Of a DNA stretch of 64,000 bases, positions 37,713 to 52,010 are shown one piece after another. How positions within the stretch are numbered: the first letter of the stretch is position 1; each line of letters starts with the position of its first letter. The translations under genes and the position numbers were made by a program. The stretch covers positions 102,178,001 to 102,242,000 of the forward strand of contig NC_058373.1 in assembly GCF_018350175.1 (NCBI RefSeq). The letters run 5' to 3'. Below the pieces are notes generated by a model. That model saw only the letters and a program-made list of their open reading frames with translations, had not been told where the DNA came from and ran no database searches. Source of the stretch: Felis catus. Taxonomy: Eukaryota.

Positions 37713-38211
37713 AATTTTTTTTTAAATATCCAGTGGTGAAGAGAAGTTTAAAAAGATAGTGTAAATTTGCAAAGGACTCTGAAGTGTCATGACCTTTATA
37801 AAAGATGGATTTTAGATAGCCTTACCTGCTGACTATAAATTTCACTTCTAGTACTTTTTCCTGGTGACAGATTCACAAGGATATGTGTTCAGAAGTGTTC
37901 ACTGTATCATCATTTTAAACCGCTCAAAATGCAAATGACCTAAACCACCACCAAAATGAGAGTGCAGATCACTTTTTTATATTGGGGATCACTTTTATAT
38001 GACGTCCAGCCAGTAAACAGGGATGACATTTGTAGAACCACATGAAGTGCTATGGAAGTTTTCCCTATTAAAAAAAAAAGAAAAAAGACATTATATACAT
38101 GATTAAGTAAAAGTGGTATATGCAGAGAAAGTTCCTCACAGGATATACAAGAAGTGGTAAGCACTGGTTTTGAAGTATTCTTTTTTTTCTTTCTTTCTTT
38201 TCTTTAGGAAA

Positions 38212-38229
38212 ATGTCTGATGAATTTTCG
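38212..38229 (+). CDS. MAPK1IP1L: MAPK1IP1L (MISSL) exon 2 coding part, MSDEFS; 22-nt microexon 38208-38229
   Basis: Long polypyrimidine tract, then tttag|GAAAATGTCTGATGAATTTTCG|gtaagt; joins in phase 0 to exon 3 (LADALP). Confidence 0.92.
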
Positions 38230-38898
38230 GTAAGTTGATACATTTATCCTTCATAAGGTTTTTGACTCTTGAAAAAATGACATAGTTCTAACTATGGGCC
38301 TCAAGTCTTTTAATTTGAAAGAGATGCTTTGTGTGATTCTTGCTGGAGCCAGGAGGCACATGTGATTTTAATAGATGATTTGCCTTTATTGAGTTAGATA
38401 TAATATGTTTGAAAATTTGTTGTTGCATGTATTTCTTTATGAATCCTTAAATTAAAAAATTTAAGAAGTGTTGTTACTTGTGTTCTCTAGTAACTTGGCA
38501 ATGTTAATAGCATTTATTGGATATTATATACACCAGACACTATGTTAAGGATATTACATGAATTATCTTATTTAAGCCTCAAGTTAATGCTAAAGTTTTT
38601 TGTTTGTTTGTTTGTTTGTTTGTTTGTTTTTAATGAGGAAACTAAAGCTCAGAGAGGGTATGTAACTTGTTTGCTGTAAAGCCAGGATTCAAACCCACGG
38701 TATTTTGATTTATCATATTTAGAAAATTTGATCTTCTCTAAGGAATTTGCATTGTGAAGTTGGTTTTTATATTAAATGAATTGTTTTTAAACTGAGCAGC
38801 CTGCCTTTTGAAGATGTTCTACAGGTTTATAATCCCTGATTCTGTAGCTTACTGTCCTTTTTGGGTATGTAATCATGTTTGACATGGCTCATCCCTGA

Positions 38899-39645
<747 letters not shown>

Positions 39646-40419
39646 TAAATTTATTACTTAAAATGCACTAATAGTCACATAAACACAACTGAAAGATTAC
39701 TTGCCTCCAGTTTGCATAGATTAGAAAGCTTATAAAACTTTTTTAAGAGAAGGGGTGTGTGTATATGAGATAAGAGTACATTTCAAGCTTGAGATAAAGC
39801 ATTTAAAAGAATAAAACCTGCGTATTCTTGGTACTGAAATTAGGACAATTTCCCAAAGATCCCCAAAGACTTTGTAATGTAGTAAGCAATGTCCTTAACA
39901 TCCTTGAGGTAAAGTCAGGTGCATTTCATTGGACTTTTTTTTTAAACATTTCTCAATCATGTTTTATAGCATCACCACAAAGTACAGTTCAGTAAAAACA
40001 ATCTTGGTCTGACTTGATACAGAGAGCGATTTTTAGAGAATCTAAGGCAGTGAATATATAACATTGCCTGTTCTTCCTATAACTCACCATAGTGTTTCTC
40101 AGCCAGAGTTTTGTTAGGTCCTCGGCAGCATTGAGATCGATATTATATCACTATTCTGCATTGTCAGTTACAGGTAATGCTTCATGCTTTACTGTCAGCC
40201 AAGCCAGAGTAGTAGGGTTGATATCTTAGTTGGAGAACCTGTCTTGGGCATATGACCAAATAGAAAAGCAGCCCACTTTCTCCCAGAAGGAAGCCAAGTG
40301 AATCTTCAGAGTCCTGATTCTCATTAGGGGAAAAAAGTCAACTTACTCTTAACAAAATAATCAGATCTCCAACTAGATTAATCAAATATCCACCTCAGCT
40401 GTAAAGGAAAAAGAATCTT

Positions 40420-40636
40420 TTTTCTTTTTTATAATTTTTTAAAGTTTATTTATGAGACACACTCACACACATGAGTGGGGGAGGGGCAGAGTGAGAGAGA
40501 GACACAGAATCTGAAGGAGGCTCCAGGCTCTGAGCTGTCAGCTCAGAGCCTAACACAGGGCTTGAACTCCCAAACCATGAGATCATGACCTGAGCTGAAG
40601 TCAGACTCTTAACCAACCGAGCCACCCAGGTGCCCC
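40420..40636 (-). mobile_element. SINEC in MAPK1IP1L intron 3
   Basis: Reverse head gagccacccaggtgcccc; TSD-like gaaaaaga(a/g)tctt. Confidence 0.88.
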
Positions 40637-40861
40637 AGAAAAAGAGTCTTAATAAAATGCTCCCAAAACTCACTTTCATTAGTATAAATTCTTGCTATAT
40701 GTATTTTCTTTAAAATTTTTTTTGCAAATTGTAGCCAAAATAAATGAGATGACTTGCTGTTTGGATTTATTAAGCAATACGTTTATTTTAAGCCACAGCA
40801 AGGAGTTGTTAAATTCCACTTACAAAATCTAGAGGTTTACTTTTTCTTTTTTCTATTGCAG

Positions 40862-40873
40862 TCTTACCATTAA
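40862..40873 (+). CDS. MAPK1IP1L: MAPK1IP1L exon 4 coding part, SYH-stop (protein total 244 aa)
   Basis: Pyrimidine tract, then ttgcag|TCT TAC CAT TAA, in phase with exon 3. Confidence 0.85.
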   Translation, partial: SYH

Positions 40874-43800
40874 GTTAATGGATGAAGAGAGGACGCTTTG
40901 CTTTTTGAAGTACATATGTATGCACATGAATGCATACATAAAAATTGGTGGTTTCACTGTTCTTAGAGGGCATTCATGAAAGAACAACTCTTGCACCTCT
41001 CAGAAGATATCTGCCTCTTGTACTTGGATGTATAGTACATCTGATGGATACAATCAGATAAAAATGTAAAAGTAAATCATTCAAATGTGATTTTTATTTG
41101 GTTTTTATGGAACGCTAAAGTGATGAAGTATATTGAATAGCTCTTTGATACAATTTGTCTAAAACAAGTTTTTGATTTGTTTAAATTATGAAACCACACA
41201 CTTAAAACTCTAAGATGATGTGGATTATTGTTAGAATCTGCAACCTCATTGGCAAATTATTTCAAATATTTTTCTATAATCACTTTTTCCCCTAAATAAA
41301 CACACTTTGAAAACAATCACATTGTCATAATTTAAACAAATGATGCCTCTCAACATCTTGAGCTGCCCTGTCTACAGGATGACCAAATCTGGTCCTCTTG
41401 AGGTTGTAGTTTGGATGTACGTTTTAAAGCTATTGGTAATTATTGTCTGATGTTGAGTTCATTAGCCAGGCAGTGTTCGCTTTTATCCTTGATCTTTTAG
41501 TAAAAACTTGTCTTTCATTTTGAGTTCCACCTGATTTGCTTCATTGTTAGCCAGATGGGTCACACATGTCTAAAATCTGCCATGTATGAAAACTTTTTTC
41601 TTTTTAATGCAGGCCAACATGTGTGTAAATTATTATTAGAGAATTAGCGATCTCTGTATTACTTTGGAATAGATTTTGAGATGTCAGTATTGCTTTGGAA
41701 AGAACTCAAAGAAGGAAATAATTCTCTCTGTCTTGAACCTCAAGCCAGAGGAAGCCTTGGAAATTGCTTCATAGTGACAAGTAACTTGCGTTCCCACAAA
41801 ACGCTCTCCTACCCAGACCCTTCCAGGAAGATGGCCCTCCCTCAGTTCTTGAAGGAGCACATCCCTTAGTTTCTCTCTGATTCAGAAAACTGGCACACTC
41901 TAGGGGTCTAGTGTAAACACGTAAAGCAGTTACGTTTCAAGAACTTCAGTCATTTAGACATGACTGTTCTCTTTGTACAAGCGTGATCAAAATGTGTCTG
42001 TGTCTTTCGGAGTCTGGTTAAGCCGGGTCATGGTCTCTTGCATAGTTTCCTGCATCTGTCTGTAAAGTGCTTAAGGCTAATTGGTCAGTTCTGTATTTGT
42101 TGACAGGTAAACAGGTAGAATTGAGTGCCATCCTTCACAACTGTCCTCTAGTTCTAACACTGAAAATAATAATAAGTGTAGATCTCTGCAGTTGAGTTGA
42201 AAGCAGTGTGACTGTTGCTTAAATAAGTGTAACCACCAAAATAGCCTAAGTAGTTTTTTGGCACCTTATCTTTAAATCAGATTCTTAGATTCTTAGAACT
42301 GACTATGTTATTTGTCAGGTAACATTTTGAAACTTTGAATGTATCCGTCGGGTTACTAAAATATGTTGTGAATTTCTTGACTAGTATAGGAGAGATTTAT
42401 GTTAGAGCTCTTGTTTTTGCTTAGAAATGAGATATTTAGTAGTTTGTTTCCCTTATAGTTGAAATGTCAAGAATGCCAAATGCTGCCAATTTAATGGTTT
42501 GATAGCTACCTCCTTTTAAGAAAGCAAGATGGTCATCTTTGAGAAGAACATTCAGTGTTTAAGCTCCTTTTTAAGTAGATGATAGAGTCCAGCTTTCAGA
42601 ATTGAAACTGAATTGTTTAGATATTTTCAGACTGGGGAATGTCGTTAGACAGCTCTTACATAGTGGCACAAGCGGTCTTTTTTTTCTTCCTCTTGCAAGG
42701 CAATCTGCGACTATCTACAACACTGTTGGAATCTTTTGTCAAAGTAGCCTCCCATTTACAAGGCAGGAGCCTTAGGAGGTATTTTAGCTTAGGGATCGGG
42801 CAATATCCTGTCAGCTAACTGGAGGAATAAGACGGGAAAAGTGAGATAGCAAAAATCTCCTTGTGGTTATTTTGGTTGTGCTACATTAGGGTAAGTTGAC
42901 AGCTCTGGCTTTAGATACAATATTTAACACTAGAGGATGATGTTTGACTGAAACAAGTGGCAGCATGTTTGGGAATCTGTCATTGCGGAGTCTGTTTATT
43001 AGAGGAGAAAATCTGCTAAAGGATTGGGAAGGACCAGGAGCCTGAGATTTGGAATTACTACCCCCAATAAGTATATACATTTGGCTAGTAACCCATACTG
43101 CCCAGTGTGGCCATGACACAACACCTTTTCTTTGCTTTTCGAGGACTTTCCAACTAGTAGTTGGGAATTTTTTTTTTAACATAAGAATGGGAATCAAAGG
43201 GACTAGAATTTACTTTTATACTCCTTTTAGCTTTTTAGAGCATTATTTCTCAACTTGGGAGAGTCTTCATTCTTGTGGGCACTCTGGGACAAAAACGTAT
43301 TTTCAGGTTCAGGGTAAAGTTAAAAGCAGAAGTTATTTCAGTGGAGGAATGGGGGAAAGGTTGCGAGGAAGGTTTTTTTTTCTTTACAGGGGAATAATGT
43401 TGCTTTCGAAACAAGTCTTAGGCTGGCATCCGTTTAGGGAGGAGACCGTTTCTTAGAAAAGTTTGCCTGGTCTTTGAAGGGAATACATGGTGTGGGATAT
43501 GCTGGCACTTGGACTGTCTCAGAGCAAGAACTTTAGACAAATTTGATGGAGATCATTGAGATGTGTTGAGGAATAGTGCTTCTGGAGTTGGAATCTTAAG
43601 ATTTTGAAATGTCGAACCTAAAAATGACAACAAAAAATGAAAATAAAGACCTTAGGTCCTTATCACACGTGCAGTTTCTCAAGAATCAAGGCTCCTTAAA
43701 CGAGTGTGTGAACTACCTTGGCTTGTCCATACTGGACTTAGCCTGACACCTTTTCATGCTTTTGAAGATGGCTGTTTACAAGTCTGACTCCACAGCCCTG

Positions 43801-45390
43801 TTTTGTATAAAGTAATGCATCGATTATTCAGGAGTAGACAATACATTTGTTTTAGTTACCCCAGGGCCTCCTCCTTTCTGCCTTGTTTTTAGTGTTTATT
43901 GTTTTCAGTAGAGAATAGTAAAAGGGGAGAGAAGAAAGGGGTGACTTTTTGGCCTTGGTCTGGCACACCACTACAACAGAATATTGGCATAGAAGTCAGT
44001 TTTGCCCATAAAATTTTACCTCACAAATAATTCGCTACATACCGTACTCAAACGTACAGCTTTTGAAACTATTGGTATAGATGAACAAAGCCCTACTCAA
44101 GTCTCAATTACAATACTGTGCCTGGTTTGCGTATCAGTTAGTTGCCTATACTTCTAAGTGATGAGTGCCAATGTCTTCCTTCCTCACCCTGAATAATCTA
44201 GTGCTAGATTTATAAAATGCCAGGGTTATAAACCCTGGAAATTAAAGCTAAGCACAGACCTGCAGGTGTTGGTTTTTGAAAAACAAGGTTAGAATCAGAT
44301 GAATCACACTGATACATGTACTATGCATAGAAAGTAAAGGGTGACTTTCAGGGAAGACTATAATTTAATCTTAAGCAATATTTAGTATTGAAGACAGACC
44401 CTTTTTATTTTCAGAATTCTGCCAAGTAAAAGAAAAATTGTCAATAAAATAATCAGTATTAAAGAAATGCCATGCAAGCTTCTGGCTATAGAAAACACTG
44501 AGAACTGCATTCATTTAAGAGATACTTCAGTGTCTGATCCCGGTGCTTTGCCAGATTCCAGAGATACAGAGATGAAAGAATGCCTGTCCTGCAGAGGCTT
44601 ACAGTCTAGGGGTGGCATTGGAAAATTCAGTAGTGCACCCATTTTTGGTTTACCTAGATAAACATTTTAATTTGCCACTGGTGAAAATTATAGAACAGCC
44701 TTTGGACATTTTAAAGAGCAAAGTATGGTATACCTTTTTTTTTTTAAGTAAGAAATTAATGTTTTTCAAGATCGTAGTGTTTGTCAGTGCAGCTATTCAT
44801 GTGTGCAAAGTAACGGAACGTTTTTCCTCTTCAATTCCTCCCTGGATGAAGGCACTTAAACTGCCTGTCCCTGGTTAGCAGATACTGATTTGTTGCCATT
44901 AAGTAAACTTGACTTCTTATGCGTGCTCTATAAAAAGGTTTTTTTTTTTGTATTTTTTCTTAATATTGTGATTTTTTTAAGTTGACTTAATAATGACAAA
45001 TTTAATGTATGTAATTGTCTATGCATTTTAAGTTAAACTGCCTACAATGTGATTTGAGACCTAGACATTTGTTTGTATTATGAACTGTAAGCAATCTGTT
45101 TGAAACGTTAGGTTTATCACCTGCTGCTGTATTTGTAAACAAAGACATATGTTGCTTTAAGAAGTAATTATAATTAGGAATAGTCTATGGATGTGATACT
45201 TGATATTTTTTAAGATAAACTTGTTTGCTTTTGTGTATTATACCAGAAAACTTTTTTAAAAAATGTATTTTCATGGTTTCATAGTTTTTCCATGTATCTT
45301 ATTCTGCAGCCCAGTTCTGAGCTTCCCTGAGAAGTCCTTAGTCTAATTAACTGCAAAATTGTTGTAAGAAAGAAAGAAAGAAAGAAAGAA

Positions 45391-45477
<87 letters not shown>

Positions 45478-45504
45478 GAGAGAGAGAGAGAGAAAGAGAG
45501 AAAG

Positions 45505-45573
<69 letters not shown>

Positions 45574-45870
45574 AAAAGAAAGAGTGGGCCTGAGACGCTC
45601 CTCTGTGTGTGACCTGCATTCACGAAGGCATTTAAATAGGCTGCCTGGGAACAACCCTCCTCAAACCCACTTTCAGCAACATGGTGTCCATTGTGTGGGT
45701 TTCTTCTTCTCTCTTCAAGGCTATGTCATTCTTTGTAACCAGGTTATCTGTATAATCAGAGTTTCTCTGCCCCAGCTGCCACCACCCCCACTTTTATGAA
45801 AGATTTTTCTATTCTTGTCATAACTACTGTGCCTGTGGTGAGGGCCACATTAATAAACTTGGTACAGTTC
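40874..45870 (+). other. MAPK1IP1L: MAPK1IP1L long 3'UTR with alternative poly(A) signals (3' end uncertain)
   Basis: T-rich stretch with no SINEC insertions; AATAAA at 41295, 44443 and 45852. Confidence 0.55.
45366..45584 (+). repeat. 219-nt pure-purine compound microsatellite (AAAG)n/(AG)n
   Basis: No pyrimidine on the + strand across the span. Confidence 0.95.
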
Positions 45871-46468
45871 ACCATTCCCTTTCCACAGGGGGGTTTGTTA
45901 GCCTGCCTTGAACCCCAGTGTGGTTGGGGCTATAAACGAGTCACTTGTACTATATTATGCTTTTGAAAGAGCCTTCTGCTTTTTGCCTTATAATTGGACA
46001 CCGTGCAACTGTAAATTTTTTTAAGTTGCATTTGATGTCTTACTTCCTATCTCCTAAAGGTGGGCTAGGGTTCCTTCCCATCATGAGATGACAGTGTTTC
46101 AGCCAACACCTTCTTCCCTGGAGACCTGACCCAAGCAGGTTCTCTTTTTACCACCATATTAAAACTTAGCACCAATCCTTTTGCAGCAGGTTTCTAACGC
46201 AAAGTAGAATCCTATTCGCTTACTTATTTTCAGTAAGACAATGCAATACACAATTCTAATACCAGAAGAGAATTTGGGCCATCCCTCAGTTTGTTCCTAT
46301 GGCATGTAAACATGATTCTCCTCGTGTGGGCATTGAACAGTTCCATTTTCACTCTTATTTTGTGGTGCCCTGCGCTTCCAGGGATGAGGAGAAGGTAGAG
46401 CTTAGTCCCTCCCTACTCTGTGCCTTCACTAAAGCAATTCCACTCTTCCACTTTATCATTTTACTTAC

Positions 46469-46824
46469 TGTATTAGCTTGGGCTGCCATAACAAAACATC
46501 ACAGATTGGGTGGCTTAGCCAACAGAGATTTATTTCTCAAAGTTCTAGAGGACAGGAAGTCCTCCCATCAAGGTGCTGGTCCTGCTCAGTTCCCAGTAAG
46601 GACTCTGTGGCTTGTAGATGGCCGTCTTCTCACTGTGTCCTCATAGTGGAGAGAGAAGAAGCAAGCTCTGTTGTCTCTTATAAGGACACTAATCCCATCT
46701 GGGCACCCTACCCTTGTAACCTCATCTAAGTGAATTACTCCCAAAGGCTCCATCCTCGAGTACCATCACATCCAGGGTTAGGACTTTGATGTGAATTTGG
46801 GGGGACACAAGTTGGTTCATAGCA
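46469..46824 (-). mobile_element. MaLR LTR (MLT1-type)
   Basis: tgtattagcttgggctgccataacaaa...ttataaggacactaatccca...gaatttggggggacaca. Confidence 0.8.
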
Positions 46825-48946
46825 CTTACAGATAAGTTGCTTGGGGGAACAGATGTTTTGCTGCTTTTAAATTTCAGAAATGGTTGTAGATGATGGTTTC
46901 TTTGTTGAGGTTTGCTGAAATCACAATCCTAGATTCACAAGTATAATAGAATCTCAGGCCACCTAGAATTCTAAGCTATGCTTACGAGTGTTAGTATCAT
47001 CTAAGAGGAAATGTAACACTTTGGTCAGTTTTTGCTGTGGTTCTTATTTTATGTTAAGCCTCTTTTTTAAACCGCCATTTAGACCAGCATTCCTTAAAGT
47101 TAGGTAGATTAAAAAGAATCCTTTTTTAGAGATAAGGAAGCCTTAAAAAGGTTATTTAAGTAAATTCCCAAAGTCATAGTAATAATGGATGGCGCCAACT
47201 CTGTCACCAGGGCTTAGGGTTTGTCTACTTTTTGTTCAGGCATCCGGTACCCTTTTTATGCAGTTGCTTGCTTACCAGTCTAGACCATTGCCTTTTCTCT
47301 TCCACTTGTTCTTGTTCCCTTAAGCTGCCACTGGTAGGTTCCAAAGCTGTGGGAAAACTCCCAAAATAACTGGTTAACTTTTTAGATCAAGTTAAATAGA
47401 GCTTCATATATTGTCCTACTTAATGGCTTCGTTTACTGGGGGCTAATGATAGCTTCTATGCACATTTTACATACGTTAGCTCATTTGATTCTTAACACCT
47501 CTGCTTTTGAGATAATACACAATCTAGGAGGAGACGAAAACAAGTAGTTGACACTACTAAACATTTTATGTGCACTATCTCAGTTAAGCCTCCCAGCAAA
47601 CCTCTAAGACAAGGACAGTTCTCATCCCCATTTTATAGATGATGCAACTAAGGCTAAGAGGTTATAGAGATCACACAGTTCCTATGTAAAGAACTGAGAT
47701 TAGAATCCTAGGTGTGACTGATAGCAAAGCTTTTCCTGTATACCACTGTACTACAGAATGCTGCTACTAAGAACAACATCTTACATGTGCCTATCCTGGT
47801 TGCTTTAGTGCTGTAGTTCTGCTTCCAAAATTGTATACCTAGAAAGTCCAATCCATCTGACATTGAACATTATGCAGCTGGCCTTTTACACGCTTTATGT
47901 CAACTGAATCAGTTTCATTGGATATTCACTTTAAAGAGCTAGAGTTTGTGTTTGAAATGCATATTCTTATAGTTGATGGATAAGCACAATTCTTAAACTA
48001 CTTAGAACTTAGTTATATCTTCATAAACAAAGGCAAATTATGTTCAAAGGCGTAGCAGTTAAGAGTAGGTTTAAGATCTGGATATAAGAGTTGTTAACGA
48101 GAGGTAATGGGTGATCAAACCCCTAGTTGCAGTCCTACCAATTATTGAGCACACTGGGTATCTAGCTGCCCCTCGGTGAGAAAGGCTTGGACAAGGCTGT
48201 CAGAGTGGCCGAGACAGAAGAGGTCTCTGTTAGCAGTGGAGGAACAGCCAAGATGTACAGGAGAACTGTACAGAGGGTGGGAGAGTCCAAGGAAGGTTCT
48301 GCCAAGTATGGCTTGACAGTTCTTTTTTTAAACTTGCTAGTACAGGACATGCTAAGTTAAAACATCTGAACTGTTGCCTAGTTACTGCAACACACAAAAA
48401 TCCTAAGGACTAAACTTAATGAATACCTGGATCCCTTCTTGAATGCCCAAAGAAATCTCTACAAAAAAAAGACCTAATTACATGACTAATGATTAGGAAG
48501 AACTAGCACCCACGCTTTTTGTAGAAGTGGGATGAAGAGGATTAATGTGAACTCTACAAACTTCACCAGATTTCTTATCTGAAAAGTAGTAATAAGTCTC
48601 CACCTCTGGTGAATCTGCAATAGAAATCTGATCAAATTCTAGAAGGCATCCATTCATGGTTCAGTGAACAGCACAACTGCTGGGGACTCCAGGGAACAGA
48701 GTTTTTAGCTTTGAGCTCAGCTCAGCAGTGCGATTTGCTGCAATTGACTAGCTTCCTGTGCTCACTCACTTACCTTACGATAAAACAGATCAGAATGCTC
48801 AAAGTATCCGAAGTACACAAGGGGGAAAATGGAACACTCTTCCCTCTAGCCAAAGGGATGTATTTGGTGCATTAGCATAACTAAAAGATTACACCTCTAG
48901 TATATAATACCTATATTAATATTCCTCTTTCAAATTAGGTTGTCCT

Positions 48947-50534
48947 AGAGCGCCTGAGTGGCTTAGTTAAGTGTCTGACTCTTGATTTTGGCTCAGGTCA
49001 TGATCTCATGGTTTGTGAGGTCACCCCCTGTGTCTTCTTGGGATTCTCTCTTCCTTTCTGCCTCTCCCCCACTCTCTTGCTCTCTCTCTCAAAATAAACT
49101 TAAAAAATTAGATTATCATGCTTGGGGCCTAAAAACTACATAATGTGACAAAACATTTATTGAACACCAAGATTGTACTATAAGTGTTCATACATCTCAG
49201 TTTGCCTGGAACAATTCTGGTTTATGTTGTCCAGGTGTAATTATTAATAGCACCCTCCTTGTATTCTCAAGTGTCCTGGTTTTGAGGATAAATGATTATA
49301 TGGCTATCCTAACTATAACAAAAAAGAATGCAAGTGAAGATTTTCTGTATGTTTCCTGAGATATAAAAATTCATCCTGGGGTGCCTGGATGGCTCAGTTG
49401 GTTAAGCATCTGACTCTTAATCTCAGCTCAGGTCTTGATCTCAGGGCTGTGAATTCAAGCCCCATGTTGGGCTCCATGCTGGGCGTGAAGCCTACTTAAA
49501 TAAAAAACACCTCATCCTAAAGAACATGGTTCACATATCAATTAGGCTGCCACTTAATACAGCATCTTTTCTTTTTTTCAATGTTTATTCATTTTTGAGA
49601 GACAGAGGGTGTGAGCAGGTGAGGGGCAGAGGGAGACAATCTGAAGTAAGCTCTAGGCTCTGAGCTGTCAGCGTAGCCCCACGCGGGGCTCAAACCCATG
49701 AACTGTGAGATCATGACCTAAGCCAAAGTCAGATGCTTAACCAACTGAACCACCCAGGCACCCATATACTTCATCTTAAAGGTGAAGAAAGTTACCCAAG
49801 TCACTCAATTGCAGCCATATCATCTTCAGCAAGTCCTACAGGCAAGAAGCACACACATTCTAGTTCTAGAATAGGAAGTCATGCCTTTTTTAGGGGAGAG
49901 GAGATGCATAGAGAAGGATTGATGGGAATACTACTTTTCTGGGCATCTCTCCAAGGGTTTCTGCCTCATGGCCTGAAATGTGTCCCCTACCCCCCCCCTC
50001 CAAGTTCTGAAAGCAATTTTCCTTAAAGTTCCAAGTTTCTTTGTTGTTGTTTTTAACTTAATCTTCTCACAAACTGAATAGCACTGAAAATTATGTCCAG
50101 TTTTTTGGATCTTTTAGCCGCTGCATACAGACATTACCAAATCTGTGGTAGAATTGCATTGCATTTCCTCCAGCCCTGGGCAGACATGAGTGTTTCTAAT
50201 TCATTAGTGGTGGGACGGAAGAGACAGTGAAATTACTTCAAAGGGTACATTAGTGGCAGGGAATAAATAATGAAAACTTGTTAAACCACTTCACAAATAT
50301 CTGCTGGCTGGAGTAATGGTTCTCACTTTTATGGTCCTTGAGACACATTTTTTTTTTAATGTTTATTTTGAGAGCGCCTGCAAGTGGGGGAGGGGCAGAG
50401 AGAGAGAGAGAATCCCAAGTAAACTCTGCACTGTTAGTGCAGAGCCTGACGCAGGGTTCCATCCCATGAACCGTGAGATCATGACCTGAGCCAAAATCAA
50501 GAGTCAACGCTTAACTGAGCCACCCAGGCACCCC
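48947..50534. mobile_element. SINEC cluster (~48947-49105 +, 49378-49505 +, 49566-49763 -, 50347-50534 -)
   Basis: Recognisable SINEC heads and tails. Confidence 0.85.
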
Positions 50535-51774
50535 TGAGACACCTTTCTTAGTACTGGAACTGGTGGCTCTCCTGGAAGGAGTGGACACTTCAGGGACAGG
50601 CACACGATATCCCACTAGCATTCCTGTTTGAGTAGAATGCCTATAGCCACGACCAAATTCTCTCACAAGTTTTCTCACATAGTTTGACAGCAAAGTTCTT
50701 GCCTATCAGAAACCATTTTTCTTGGACACTGGCTCACTGGTATTCTCCACCTTTCTTCCTGCTGTTTGAATTCTGCTTTTCACCATCTGCCACACTGCTC
50801 AGCTTAATATTCTAATGGCCGTTGCCATAAAAGTACGTGTCCCCAACTGTGGCAAAAATTAATTTTTCACATTGACCACAATTTACTGACACATCTGTTC
50901 TCAGTACACTATTGTGCTGCAGTGGTTGTGAAGTCAGAATCAGAAACAGCTCTCCGGAAACATCAGTTTGAATAGAATGTGAAACCGCAGAATACTCCCA
51001 AGTTTGCTGCTAGCATCTTTCACACAAAGTACCTGGAAATCACATCTGACTTACTCATCCAGAAAGTATTGCTCTCAAACAACTCCTACTCTTTGTATAA
51101 TGAAAAGCATATTGGCATTACTGGGGGAGGGTTGGGGGAGGGGTACGCAGAGGACTGGGTGGAATCCGATAATATTCTATTGAGAGGGATGATGGCTATA
51201 TTATTTATTTAACTCCAAAGATATATAATATTCTTGTATATATGATTTGCATGTTTTTTAAAACCACATGGGGCATGGGCATCTGTTCTTGAAAGGAAAC
51301 CCCAGTTTCACCCAGACTCTCTCTGAGAAAGGTGGACAGGCAAACCTTGGTGGTAACTGATGCCCCAGGCATGTACCAGTAGTGTGAGGCTGTGCCCAGA
51401 GTCAATGTTTTTCCTTTATGCTAATAACTGAAGATTTCAATTGCTTTAGGAAACAGATGGTTGTCATTAAGAACACAAAAGGATAAAAGGTCTGCCCAGT
51501 GATCCACTCGGTCTAGTATCCAGTCAGACAATGGAACCAAGAGATGCTTTGTGAAAGAGCATAATTGGTACATAAACTTAGTATGCCAAACCCAGCACTA
51601 GACAAATGGAGAAGCAATTGTAGAGCATGCTATTACATGAGGCATTGTGAGGCATTAGCACAAAGAGAATCACAGAATAGTTTTAGCCCCATAAGCACAG
51701 ACGGAGACAATAGGGATGATACGTTCCACGGTGTAGGTGGAGAAAAATGAGGAAAACCTAAGAAGAATGAGGAT

Positions 51775-52010
51775 TGAGGCAGTGCAATGCAGTGGTAAAG
51801 AGCACAGGTTCTGGAACCCCACGTACTGTATTTAAATACTGTCTCCACCACTTACTAGATACATCACAATGGGTGAGTTACTTAAACCACTTGGTGCCTC
51901 CATATCTTCAGCTATAAATACTATGAAACAGTAATTCCTAACTCTAGGGTTTTGAGAATTAAAGCATTTAGTGTTTGACATCATAAGCACTCAACGAATG
52001 TGAGCTAATC
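51775..52010 (+). mobile_element. MIR
   Basis: gaggcagtgcaatgcagtggtaaagagcacaggttctgga...gagttacttaa...taagcactcaacgaatg. Confidence 0.75.
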
